Assembly: GCA_964016885.1 (NCBI GenBank)
Contig: OZ024746.1
Location: forward strand, 27,652,001-27,716,000
Origin: Eledone cirrhosa
Taxonomy: Eukaryota
Direction: 5' to 3'
Length of the DNA stretch: 64,000 bases
The notes beneath the pieces are model-generated. The model searched no databases, was not told the origin of the DNA, and saw nothing but the letters and a program-made list of their open reading frames with translations. Below, piece after piece: positions 1 through 11,896 of this stretch (its first letter is position 1; each line of letters starts with the position of its first letter). A program made the position numbers and the translations under genes.

Positions 1-141
1 GTCGCTGACTGAAATAAAAAAGTCACACTCGTTCAGCGCACCGGTAGGGGTTCTCCTACATGGATATACAGTAGTGGCCGTACTCGAAAACGAGTTTTCA
101 GCCACCATGTATGTATGTATGTATGTATGTATGTATGTATG
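1..141 (+). mobile_element. 3' end of RTE-derived element (family R1) with (TATG)n tail, cut by window edge
   Basis: Matches 39453-39558; terminal stem-loop GTGGC..CTCG-AAAA-CGAG..GCCAC followed by a TATG tail. Confidence 0.85.
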
Positions 142-170
142 TGAACATAATCTTGTATCAGTAATGACGG

Positions 171-269
<99 letters not shown>

Positions 270-287
270 TATATATATATATATATA

Positions 288-694
288 GTTAAAGAAAGAA
301 GTGTAACATGGTTGGCTGTACAATACGGGGTTTATTCAAAGTGCTGACAATTGTTTCGTTGATCTGGTACGTCTAGAGTTCGCTAATCACTTGATGCAGC
401 ATCAATCAATCTCCAATACGTTGTTTACAACCAGTAAAGCCCTTATTGTACAGCCAACCATGTTACTCTTATCTCTTGAATTATTATTACTCCAAGTACA
501 ACCTGCATAGAAATTAACGCGAACTCGCTGCATCACTATGGAAAGGTCTTGTTGAGTCAAACTAAGCCGCACGTTAAAACCATCTAGTTAGAGTACTCCG
601 TGTTGTGGATGGTTTTAACGTACGGCTTAGTTTGACTCAACAAGACGTTTTCATAGTGATGCAGCGAGTTCGCGTTAATTTCTATGCATAATTC
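288..694. mobile_element. Double fold-back insertion between (TA)n tracts with a degenerate minus-strand hammerhead; Penelope-like pLTR remnant
   Basis: Inverted repeats 303-334/435-466 and 504-584/608-688. Minus strand 420->341 reads TTGGAGA(degenerate core)-ttgat...atcaac-GAAAC-AATT-GTC-agcac, then AATAAA. Confidence 0.7.
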
Positions 695-729
<35 letters not shown>

Positions 730-849
730 AAGTGAGTAGCGTGTGTGTGTTTGTTTGTATGTATGAGTGTTGGTGTGTACGCGCGTATGTATGTGTGTGT
801 GTGTGTGCGTGTGTGTATGTCGTACGTATGAGTGTCAATAAGTGAGTTT

Positions 850-2244
850 TTTTTATGCGCGGGGACATAGAAATAGTCGGGCTGGATACCCGATCGCGCA
901 GTTAAACCACTGGGAGTGAAGAACCCCTAGCCCTTGTCAGGGCATTCTTGTAGGAGAAGGCATCTCAGGAAACTGGGTTAACTCTGACATAAAACCTGCG
1001 GCTCAGTAGTTACCGTTGATGTTGATCTTTTCTTCTTTTCGCACACAGGGAGTGATATGCAGCACATTTTGAATGCATTTTCTGATGCTTGCACTGCCCT
1101 AGGGTTGATTGTCAGTCTTAAGAAAATCGTCGTCATGTACCAACCTGCCCCTTGTAAGCAGTACAGTGAACCAAATATCTATGTGTATGGTAAACGACTT
1201 GGAGTGGTTGATCAGTTTGTCTACCTGGGAAGCACTGTCAATCGATACAGCAACCTTGATAATGAAATCCCACTCAGAATTAGGAAAGTAAGTGAAGCTT
1301 TCGGAAAGCTAGAAAGGCGACTCTGGGGTCGGCGTGGCATATGCAAGAAGACAAAGGTAAAGGTGTATAAGGCATGTGTGCTGTCTTCTCTTCTTTTTGC
1401 CTGCGAGATCTGGATCACATATCGACACCACCTTAAGCAATTGGAGCGTTTCCATCAGATGTGTCTCAGACGGATCCATGGCGTTCACTGGAGGGACCAC
1501 ATCAGTGATGTCGAGATTTTGGATAGATCTCTGTGTGACAGTATAGAAGCTCTTGTGCTTAAGCAAAGACTCCAAGACTCCGTTGGAGTGGTCACCTTTC
1601 CAGGATGAAGGATTCTAGAATACCAAAACAACTCTTTTATGGAGAGTTAGTTAAAGGTAAACAACCTCCACATAAATAAAAAAAGAGGTATAAGGATTCC
1701 TTAAAAGCCTCTTAGAAAGACGCTAACATCTCTGCTGATACATGGGAAAATGTTGCTGCTGATCGTAATAAATGGAGAAAGACTGTATATGAGGGGAAAA
1801 TTGCCTTTGAGGCATCTCGAATCGTATACGAGAAACTAAAGCGGGATGTGAGGAAGGGCATTGCTGTTGCATTTCCAGGCGGCGAAGGTCCTCCCATGGC
1901 GCTGACATGCAGCGTCTGTGCGAGACTCTGACTAAGCGAAGCTGGACTCGAAAGTCATCTTCGCAGTCATAAAGTGAGACCAGTGGTTGACTACCAGGCT
2001 GCTGTTGGAGATGCTACTCATCATGCTTGCCAAGCATGTGGTAGAGAATGTAAATCAGGAGGAGGGCTCAAACGACATGCAAAAGTACACGAACTCCAAC
2101 CACAGCCGACTATTCCCAGTGAAGGTTTTGGTTGCCAACTCTGTGCAAGACATTTTAGATCATTGGCTGGGCTAAAAAGCCACATTCGATCGCAGTGCTG
2201 TTAACTGCTATCGTCTGGGTGTATGGATATGTTTATGTGTGTGC

Positions 2245-2284
<40 letters not shown>

Positions 2285-2423
2285 TATTATTGTTGTTGTC
2301 GTTATTATTGTTGTTATTATCATTATTATTGTTATTATTATGTTTTGTTTTCTCGTGCAATGGCCATACTCGATAACGAGGGGGCAGCCATCATGTATGT
2401 ATGTATGTATGTATGTATGTATG

Positions 2424-2451
<28 letters not shown>
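850..2451 (+). mobile_element. Internally deleted RTE-clade LINE: 5'UTR-like segment joined to the C-terminal part of the RT ORF, 3'UTR and (TATG)n tail
   Basis: 930-1040 resembles the 5' segment of the element at 39168-39262. 1057 onward encodes RTE-type motifs (GLIVSLKK, FVYLGS, KVKVYKACVLSSLLFACEIW, LERFHQMCLRRI). Ends in a stem-loop at 2360-2391 plus TATG tail. Confidence 0.9.
1057..2204 (+). pseudogene. Disrupted RTE ORF2 C-terminus (RT thumb and downstream region) ending in three C2H2-like zinc fingers
   Basis: An 8-bp duplication AAGACTCC (1566-1581) shifts the frame. Continuation reads RLRWSGHLSRMKDSRIPKQLFYGEL...WENVAADRNKWR, then CSVC..HLRSH, CQAC..HAKVH and CQLC..HIRSQC. Internal stops present and YADD absent. 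Confidence 0.88.
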
Positions 2452-2454
<3 letters not shown>

Positions 2455-2750
2455 GATTATTATTATTAAAGTTGTTGTTTTTTTGTTAAGGCCCGGTCGC
2501 TGGTGATGGTGATGGCGGCGGCGGTGGTGGTGGTGGTGGTGGCAGTTGATGTTGTTGTTGGGTTGTGTGTGTGTGTTTTGTTATTTTGATTTTTTTTTTT
2601 TTTTTTAATCGTTTGATGCCGCTGTTGTTGTAAATGTTCATATCAATTCATTCTGAAGCTGTTGCTGTAAACATTAGTGCCGAGATTGTTGTTGTAGATG
2701 TTGGGGTTGAAATCTGGTCCTTTGACTGAGTGATATATATACACACATAT

Positions 2751-2828
<78 letters not shown>

Positions 2829-2833
<5 letters not shown>

Positions 2834-3016
2834 AACAAGTAAGACCCCGACGGCTGAGCTGAAGCCGTTTCGACGGCTAATTCTGGAATTAGCCGTCGAA
2901 ACGGCTTGAGCTCAGCCGTCGAGGTCTTACTTGTTCCTATTACCCACTCTACTACCCTAAGTATTGAGTACTTTGGTGAGTTATGGTCCACCTGGTTCCT
3001 TACCACATTTTCTTCG

Positions 3017-3018
<2 letters not shown>
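2829..3018 (+). mobile_element. Fold-back element family B (hammerhead 3' half) in (TA)n
   Basis: Palindrome 2829-2940, axis ~2884. GAAAC-GGCT-tgagctc-AGCC-GTC at 2898-2920. 3' end shared with 3940-4158, 13495-13572 and 45541-45741. Confidence 0.85.
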
Positions 3019-3053
<35 letters not shown>

Positions 3054-3250
3054 ATCTCGTGCAATGGCCATACTCGATAACGAGGGGGCAGCCATCATGT
3101 ATGTATATATCTACGTGTGTATGTATATATGCATGTATGTATCTATGTACATATATCTGTATGTATGTATGTATGTATGTATGTATGTATGTATGTATGT
3201 ATGTATGTATGTATGTATGTATGTATGTATGTTTGCATGTATGTATGTAT
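3054..3250 (+). mobile_element. Severely 5'-truncated RTE insertion (terminal stem-loop plus TATG tail only)
   Basis: TCTCGTGCAATGGCCATACTCGATAACGAGGGGGCAGCCATCATGTATG is identical to 2351-2399. Confidence 0.85.
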
Positions 3251-3620
3251 ATATGTATACATCCTCTCTCACATGTTGCACTTAATCATTTCTTTTAGGT
3301 CTTCATGGTATTTTAACCGAGGAGGTAATCATCCATACACACACACAGACTTCAAACATAATTTATAAAAGGGACATGACCACCTACTTCCCTTCAATGC
3401 CACACAGTCACACACACTTCTACACTGAACTACATCCTTTTCAACCTGAATACTTATGTAGTTCCCCACCCCAACAAAAGCAGCCCTACCTATACTGTTA
3501 TGGTTCATTAAACAAATAAGAAAATTAAAAAGAAATATTTGGAGGTGCTCATATACATCATGCATACAATATAACAGAAATTACATCACCTGAAACACAC
3601 ACGCACACACATACATACAT

Positions 3621-3652
<32 letters not shown>

Positions 3653-3662
3653 TTTTTTAAAA

Positions 3663-3863
3663 ATATTTTATAGAAGGAGCTTCTACAGGACTAGTACTGT
3701 TTCATTCAGATGAAATCTTCAGGAAGCTTCCTGAAGATTTCATCTGAATGAAACAGTACTAGTCCTGTAGAAGCTCCTTCTATAAAATATAAAAAATTTT
3801 TACTCTGCCATGTATTGATTACCTTACTTACTGTGGTTATCCCCGACTCAACCCGGGACCTAC

Positions 3864-3864
<1 letters not shown>
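3663..3864 (+). mobile_element. Fold-back element family A carrying a hammerhead on each arm
   Basis: Perfect 64-bp arms 3663-3726/3727-3790 with axis in AGCT. Long arm runs into (TA)n. Second copy at 48764-48900. Confidence 0.88.
3725..3775 (+). ncRNA. Type I hammerhead ribozyme (predicted cleavage after GUA, 3769)
   Basis: AGCTTC-CTGAAGA-tttcatctgaat-GAAA-CAG-tactagtc-CTG-TA-GAAGCT: helix I AGCTTC/GAAGCT, helix II TTCA/TGAA, helix III ACAG/CTGT, intact core. Confidence 0.85.
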
Positions 3865-3939
<75 letters not shown>

Positions 3940-3942
<3 letters not shown>

Positions 3943-4155
3943 AGTAAGTAAGACCCCGACGGCTGAGCTCAAGCCGTTTCGACGGCTAGTTCTGTACTGG
4001 CTAATTCTGTACTAATTCAGTACAGAATTAGCCGTCGAAACGGCTTGAGCTCAGCCGTCGGGGTCTTACCTACTCCTATTACCCACTCTACTACCCTAAG
4101 TATTGAGTACTTTGGTGCGTTATGGTCCACCTGGTTCCTTACCACTTTTCCCTCG

Positions 4156-4158
<3 letters not shown>
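3940..4158 (+). mobile_element. Fold-back element family B, second copy
   Basis: Palindrome 3939-4079 with a 15-bp duplication near the loop; GAAACGGCTTGAGCTCAGCCGTC|GGGGTC; flanked by (TA)n. Confidence 0.85.
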
Positions 4159-4215
<57 letters not shown>

Positions 4216-4336
4216 GCACACATACACACACATATATATATTCATGTGTGTATGTGTGTGTAATGAAAATAGCAATAGTAACAAAGGAAGATATATATAT
4301 ATATAGTAACAGAGCTAATATGTGTTAAATGTTACA

Positions 4337-4720
4337 TTGCACGTAATTAGCAGAGTTGTTAGATGGTCGGATAGAGTGCTTTGAAATGATCGTTCCGGAT
4401 CTCTGCTCTCTCAGTTCAAATCGCGCCGAGGTCAACTTTGAGTTTCATCCTTTCGAGGTCGATAAAAGAAAGTACCAGTCCTATACTGGGATCGATTCTT
4501 TCTCTATATCTCTTTCTCACATCCATTCTCTCACTTTCTATCCTTCCCTCGAAGAAATCTGTTGTAGTCTGACATAGGGATGGATGGGCGCCGCCGGGGC
4601 TTTAACTGCCCAAGTAACGTTGTATGACCCTACGGCCCTCCCACGACTCCATCAGGAGTTACGGGTCCATACCATACCATACAATATTGTGCGTAGGTAT
4701 CATAACTATCATTGTGTAAA
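4337..4720 (+). mobile_element. tRNA-headed SINE (group 1) with long 3' tail
   Basis: B-box-like AGTTCAAATC, then the conserved TTTCATCCTTTCGAGGTCGATAAA..AAGTACCAGT block; tail recurs at ~17405-17605. Confidence 0.75.
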
Positions 4721-5426
4721 CTTATCTTCTTCTTCTGTCTCTATGTATTTGTGTCTGTAAATCTTTAACATTTATACGCACAAAGATACAAACTCGCACA
4801 AATACATGTGCACTCAATGCATTTCCTATCTCAACGATGTTGCTATAATAAGACGTTTTCCAATCACAAGTTCTGGCCCTACATTTATTCCTGTAAATAG
4901 TAAATTCTCCAAAGTTATTCATACATTTAATCTCGTACGTAATTTATTGTACATATATGAGGAACATTTATGTAATTATATCCTAGAAATACACTTTTAG
5001 AATATAATTTTATCTTTAATCGCTCCCACCTGTCAGTAATCAATATAATCTATAGGGGTTTTCTTAGGCAAAAGCAAACTTCCCACATTGTATGAATGTT
5101 CATATAACCGCTAGTCATTAAGCAAAAATTAAATGTGTTCATCACCATCAAAATTAATGAGGATCGCTCTACTGACCAACTATAACCACACGTATAGCGT
5201 CGCTGACATAGATTCTGCTGTAGGTGAATATATGTTTATAATCTCTTTTAGTGAAATATTTATTACAAAATGAAATACACATCCCAATAACTGGGTATTG
5301 ATATGTAATATACACTTTTCATAAGCTTGTCAGCTTGTGTACAATGAGAAATAAGAATACAATATATTTTGAGCGAAAAAATAATTATATATATTTAACC
5401 TATACATACACAATAGATACACACAC

Positions 5427-5474
<48 letters not shown>

Positions 5475-5547
5475 GTGTAAAATAAGAAATGAAAATACAC
5501 AGCGATGGTATGTAAGTAAATAACCCCACTGAAGTGTCATATTATAT

Positions 5548-5733
5548 AAGTGGCTTGGCAGTATCGGTAGAGGGTCGGACGCCATGCTTTCCAGCATAGT
5601 TACGTCCCTTTGCGGTCTGAGTTCAAATCCCACCGAGGTTAACTTTGCCTTTAATCCTTACGGGGTCGATAAAATAAAGTACCAGTAATGCACTGGGTAA
5701 TTGATGGCCTTGTGCCAAAAGTAGAAACAATTA
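5548..5733 (+). mobile_element. tRNA-headed SINE (group 1)
   Basis: TGGCAGTATCGG A-box-like, GAGTTCAAATCC B-box, CCTTACGGGGTCGATAAAATAAAGTACCAGT; near-identical copies at 28865 and 43428. Confidence 0.85.
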
Positions 5734-5979
5734 TATATTATTATAATTTTTTAAAAAATCGTTAAACATTGATGCGAGTGCAGGTGAGATAATCTCTTTC
5801 TCAAAAATGAAACAAAAACAAATCATGAACAAAATAGAAGATATTGCAAATAGCAACAAAAAAAATGGAGGTAATTATTACGAAATTTTAGCACAATTCA
5901 GAGTAGTGAATAATAGTTGTTACTGTGTAACATTACATAAAGATTATCAACATTGTCTCTTTGACTAAATGATGAAAAT

Positions 5980-6860
5980 ACGATGTTGGTGTATATGTTG
6001 GCAGATGTATTGTTGTATATGATAGTGTATATATTGAAAACGGTGAAGATGATGTATATATTGTTATGTGTTGTCATAGTTGGTGTATATGTTGTTGTAT
6101 GTTTATCTATATGTCTGAGTAGACTGTTGGTGAATATATTGAATATGTTTAAGATGATGTATATATTGTTATACGTGTTGAAATTGTTTAGTGTATATTT
6201 TCGTGTAAATGTTTGTGTATATATATATGTGTATATGGTAGTGTATATATTGTTATTTGTGTTGAGTTTGTTAGTGTATATGTTGGAGGTATTTGTGTGT
6301 AAGTTGGTGTATATGTTGGTGTATATATTTGCGTATATATATATTGAATATGGTGAGAATGGTGTATATATTGTCATATGTGTTGAAATTGTTGGTGTAA
6401 ATGTTTGTATATATATTGATTATGGTAAAGATAGTGTATATATTGTTAATTGTGTTGAAAGTGTTGGTGTATATGCTGGGGTATATATTGAATATGTTGT
6501 GAATAGTGTATATACTTTACATGTTGTTGAAATTATTGGTGGATATGGTGGTGGTATTTGTGGTTATGTCGGATGTATTTGTATATATGTTGGAGGTAAT
6601 TGTATATATGTTGGTGTGTATATTGAATATAATGAGGATGGTATATATATATATATATATTGTTACACGAATTGAAAGTGTTGGTGAATATGGTAGTGGT
6701 ATTTGTGTATATGGCAAACTCAGTGGTGTTTATGTTAATGACGTTAGTAAATATATCGGAGATGGTGTATATGTTGGTGTATATATTGAAAGTATTTTTG
6801 TGCATGTATGTTGAAAATGTTGGTATATATGTTTGTGTATATATAGAAGATGTGTATATA
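5980..6860. repeat. Degenerate GT/AT-rich minisatellite-like low-complexity tract
   Basis: Recurring GTTGGTGTATATATTGAA-like units. Confidence 0.7.
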
Positions 6861-6932
6861 TTTCAACAATTTTATAGTCCAACGCCGTAGAAAAAGATGT
6901 ACACGTCTGAAGGAGAATTCGTAAGGAGTGCT

Positions 6933-6988
<56 letters not shown>

Positions 6989-7426
6989 TGTTGTAGTAGT
7001 TGTTGTAGTACTTGTTGCTATTGTTGTTTAGACACATTCTCTTCTTGCTCGAGAATTCCCATGATTAAAGTATTTCCAGCCCCATGACGATCCTGTAGTA
7101 TGATTTCTTTTAGCAATAACTAATGAAGATCTGGAGGGCTCATCCTTGAAACAGACGGAGGTCATTCCATTATTTCGTAAAATTCGATCTGCAGATTTAG
7201 TTTCTCCAATACGCTTGCTTAGCATTTTTCAAGAGATATTCCTTTACACATTAACACAAGTTTATTGCCAAAGGTAAGTATTCGAAAATTAATACATATG
7301 CAGGTGTATTCAGATAGTTGAAGTATCTAAGAATAAACCTGACTAGATATGAAATCACCAACAGATACGACAGATTGTTAAAAGCAATTAGCAAGAAACA
7401 CGATTGTGTGATACCCCAAAAATATC

Positions 7427-7427
<1 letters not shown>

Positions 7428-7497
<70 letters not shown>

Positions 7498-7523
7498 GGA
7501 GAGAGACAGAAAGAGAGAGACAG

Positions 7524-7566
<43 letters not shown>

Positions 7567-7573
7567 GAGATTG

Positions 7574-7615
<42 letters not shown>

Positions 7616-7769
7616 TGTGGGAGAGAGATACAGAAAGAGAGAGAGATTGATAGATAAAGAAAGAGAGAGAGAGAGAGAGCGAGAGAGCGAGAGCAAGCGA
7701 GAGATAGAGATAGAGAGAGAGAGAAAGAGAGAGAGAGAGAGGGAGGGAGAGACAGAAAGAGAGAGACAG

Positions 7770-7843
<74 letters not shown>

Positions 7844-7990
7844 ATAGATAGATAGATAGATAGAGAGAGAGAGTGTGGGAGAGAGATACAGAAAGAGAGA
7901 GAGATTGATAGATATAGAAAGAGAGAGAGAGAGAGCGAGAGAGCGAGAGCGAGCGAGAGATAGAGAGAGATAGAGAGAGAGTGGGAGAGA
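7428..7990. repeat. Compound (GA)n/(GAAA)n/(GATA)n array with an internal ~250-bp duplication
   Basis: GTGTGGGAGAGAGATACAGAAAGAGAGAGAGATTGATAGA occurs at ~7615 and ~7872. Confidence 0.85.
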
Positions 7991-8310
7991 ATGTTGTATT
8001 ATACAACATATATGTCTTTGATTATGTTTCTGATTGGCATTCAACGCGTCTATATCTTTGGGAAATATTCGCTTTGATCTTTTCACTATTGAAACAAACG
8101 AAAACCACACACGAACAGCTTTAATGGAGTGGAAGCACGGCTAACCTGGTTTTCGCTTTCAACCAGTCAGCAATTCTCAATTTAACTAATGTCAATTAGA
8201 GGGATGATGATGAAGAAGAAGAAGAAGAAGAAGAAGAAGAAGAAGAAGAAGAAGAAGAAGAAGAAGAGAGAAGGACGTTGTTGTCATTATCTACAGTACA
8301 AAATCATGTG

Positions 8311-8375
<65 letters not shown>

Positions 8376-8511
8376 GTGTTTATATGTGCATGCGCGTGAT
8401 CAGGGGAAATTATTATCTAGGAGAAAAATAGCTGATTTAAACACACACAAACACACAACGCGCGCACCCACCCCCGCACAAAGATACACAGCGCGCGCAC
8501 ACACACACATT

Positions 8512-8583
<72 letters not shown>

Positions 8584-8590
8584 CATATAC

Positions 8591-8676
<86 letters not shown>

Positions 8677-9407
8677 GTGGATTATAATGTACGTGAGAAA
8701 AAGTACTCAATGCATGTTTTGGAGGATAATTATATTTATTCGTTTGACTCCGTCTGTCGTGACAATCAGATAGCATTTCATAGCCTAACATGTAACTAGT
8801 AAGAGCTGGTAATCCTGAAATAAGATATTTATATTGGCACTAAATGCTTTCCTCTGTGTGTGTATTTCGGATGGGCTTCGACATAGTTTCTGTCGACTAA
8901 ATTCCATTTGCCAAATATGAAACGAGTTGGGATCGAACTCGGTGCCTAATGATTGTGAACTTAACTTTTTAACTACTCAATCATGCTGCCTCTACGTAAA
9001 ATAATTGATTCTACATTTGGCACAAGCCCTGCAATTCGAATCTAAGTGGAATGACGATCCAGCATTTTAAAGTGATGCTGTAAATTAAATCGTGCGAAAC
9101 CGTTTTGCTGGTGTGAGAGTTGATGCGATTGACAATATATATGTGAACTTGTCTTTCTTTATTTCCTTCTTCCAATCACTTCTATGCGCCAACGTACCGC
9201 TTGGACTCCTCCTCTTTCAAATTTTTTTAATATTTTGTCTGCCTGCCACCCACTTCGTGGACTGTTACTCTACCGACCGCAGGCCGCTTGTCTCTGTCCT
9301 TTGAGGCATGTTTGCTCATCGCTGTCATTGACAGAGTATTTGACTGTTTTAACAGCTGTTCTAGCGATGAATTTTTTCATTTTCTATTCATGTATATATA
9401 TATATAT

Positions 9408-10290
9408 TAGGGTGGCTCTTAGCAATAGGTAATTTTCAGAAGGTTAAAATGCTCCCACCCTCTAATCCTCTTTCAATCCCCCAAAACACGGGGTGTGCTA
9501 AATTTCAGCTCAATTGGACAACTGTTAAGCGACCCCCAAACGCCTTGAAGTTGGAACATAGTAAACGCAACGATTAACTCTGTTCACAAGCGGTATACTG
9601 TTCTCTATCTCTACCATTTTCTTTTTTCTTCGAAAAGAAATTTATTTGGACACATCTAGGCAACCCCAGCATATGTTTAAAAACGTTCTAAATCAAATTT
9701 ATTAATAGTTAATTTGAAAAATTCCTGAAATAACATGAAAAACTTAAAAAATATTAGGTTTTCTTAATAAAGCACACAACTTCTATAAAAGAAACGCATT
9801 TATATTTACAACAATAATTTCTATAGAATCAAAAACATAATGTGAACACTGAACACTGAATATTGAACATTATTTTTGCATAAGAGAGGATTTAGTGGCA
9901 GTTGTGTATGTTTTACAGTTTTTGGTAACGATCTGTAAAACAAATTGTTTCTCAGTTTCATCTTTTGTGAGAATGTTATTGTATTCCTGAATGAGCTTGA
10001 CACTTCTTTCTGCAACATCATTCAAAATAACTATCTTCTCAAGTTTTTCAAGCCCACTTTTGTAACCAGGATCATCCTTCCATGCTGAAAGGTCTTTGTC
10101 GAGGAAATCGGTGTTGATAGAAAATCTTGGGAAGAAAGTTTTTTTACCAGGAGTTACAAAAGACGAAAACTCGATGTTTGTAAAGGAAGAAAAATCATTT
10201 TGGTGCAGAATGAACCTCTTCATTTTTTTCCTTCTTTTCCTCCTTCCACTTCTTCATTTTTGTTTGGTTCCAACATAACTTGAGCAATAT
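9408..10290 (-). mobile_element. hAT-superfamily (hATm-like) DNA transposon remnant: terminus plus transposase C-terminal fragment
   Basis: Terminus TAGGGTGGCTCTTAGCAATAGG at 9408. ORF 9870-10223(-) contains NDVAERSVKLIQEYNNILTKDETEKQFVLQIV, resembling hATm-type transposase C-termini as recalled (not searched). Confidence 0.65.
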
Positions 10291-10297
10291 TTGCCTT

Positions 10298-10665
10298 AAC
10301 CTCTCCTTGCTCTCCTTGCTCTCCTTTTCTCATTCTCTCCTTGCTCTCCTTTTCTCATTGCTCTCCTTGCTCTCCTTTTCTCATTGCTCTCCTTGCTCTC
10401 CTTTTCTCCTTGCTCTCTTTGCTCTCCCTTTCTCCTTCCTCCCTCTCCTTGTTCTCCTTTTCTTATTGCTCTCCTTGCTCTCCTTCTCTCCTTGCTCTCA
10501 TTGCACTCATTTCACTCCCTTTCTCATTACTCTCTTTGCTCTCCTTTTCTCCTGGCTCTCCTTGCTCTCCTTTCTCTCCTTTCTCTCCTTACTCTCCTTG
10601 CTCACCTTTAATCCTGTGGTCATTATTTTCTCATTGCTCTCCTTGCTTTCCCTTTCTCCTTGTAT
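10298..10665. repeat. Pyrimidine-rich tandem repeat (TTGCTCTCC-based units)
   Basis: Many repeats of CTCCTTGCTCTCCTTTTCTC. Confidence 0.85.
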
Positions 10666-10796
10666 CTATGTACTTGTTTATATACAAATACAATGAGAAA
10701 AGGGGGAGCAAGGAGGAATATGAAAGCAAGGATATTAAGGAGAGTATATATATATACATATCATATATATATATATGTCTATATGTATATATATGT

Positions 10797-10866
<70 letters not shown>

Positions 10867-10867
10867 G

Positions 10868-10901
<34 letters not shown>

Positions 10902-10907
10902 CATATA

Positions 10908-11114
10908 TCAGATTTGAGAAAACCACAGACCCTCCATTTCAACTCTACGTTTGAAAAGCAGAAGAACTACGAAACCGGTAAAGGAACCAAATAAATATAT
11001 ATCATTTTTTAAAAATAAGACTCCAGTTGCATTTTCGATTTCATCTTTTTTTCTTTATACTTTCACTCGTGTAGGACACCTCGGTTAATTTTCATTTTGT
11101 AAAAAAAACCTCAC

Positions 11115-11120
<6 letters not shown>
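10908..11120 (+). mobile_element. Penelope-like 3' terminal fragment in (TA)n with hammerhead 3' half
   Basis: GAAACCGGTA at 10971-10980 followed by AATAAA at ~10990; TA tracts on both sides. Confidence 0.5.
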
Positions 11121-11181
<61 letters not shown>

Positions 11182-11290
11182 GCACCCCAAACGTATAATT
11201 GGGAATATACTTAGGTATTTCCTAATGTTTGTTGAGTGAGATGGAAGTTGGTCGGAGTATCGCTAATAGCTTTCTCTGTTAATGTATTAA

Positions 11291-11356
<66 letters not shown>

Positions 11357-11359
<3 letters not shown>

Positions 11360-11575
11360 GAACGATCGACTTTCGTCAAATCGGACCGGGGGAACAATGT
11401 TTCCGTCGGTCTTTCCAATTGCTAATACTATCTATCGGTCGCAACTCCAGGTAGAAGGAGCAACGTGAAATAAAGTGTCTTGCTCAAGGACATAACGCAT
11501 CGCCTGGTCCAGGAATCGAACTCACAACCTTACGATTGCAAATCCAATTCTCTAACCACTCAGCCACACGCCTTC
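11357..11575 (-). mobile_element. tRNA-headed CORE-type SINE (group 2)
   Basis: Reverse complement of 13826-14042; contains TGTCCTTGAGCAAGACACTTTATTTCACGTTGCTCC. Confidence 0.85.
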
Positions 11576-11666
11576 ATGGTTGCTAGACACTGTACGGCTT
11601 AATTCGGGATGTTTATTTACAAACACACCGAGCATTATAATAAATGTTCGGTGAATCCATACGTAC

Positions 11667-11697
<31 letters not shown>

Positions 11698-11701
11698 CAT
11701 G

Positions 11702-11749
<48 letters not shown>

Positions 11750-11851
11750 CTACTGTACGTCTATATACATATATGTATGTACGTATACATACGTATATTT
11801 AAGTAACAGCCGTACTAAGAGTGGGAAATGAAATTTCGTTTCATTTTTTCC

Positions 11852-11892
<41 letters not shown>

Positions 11893-11896
<4 letters not shown>

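Noticed and set aside
5983-6675. 230-aa hydrophobic ORF resembling a membrane protein
   Set aside because: Arises from a GT/AT-rich degenerate tandem repeat
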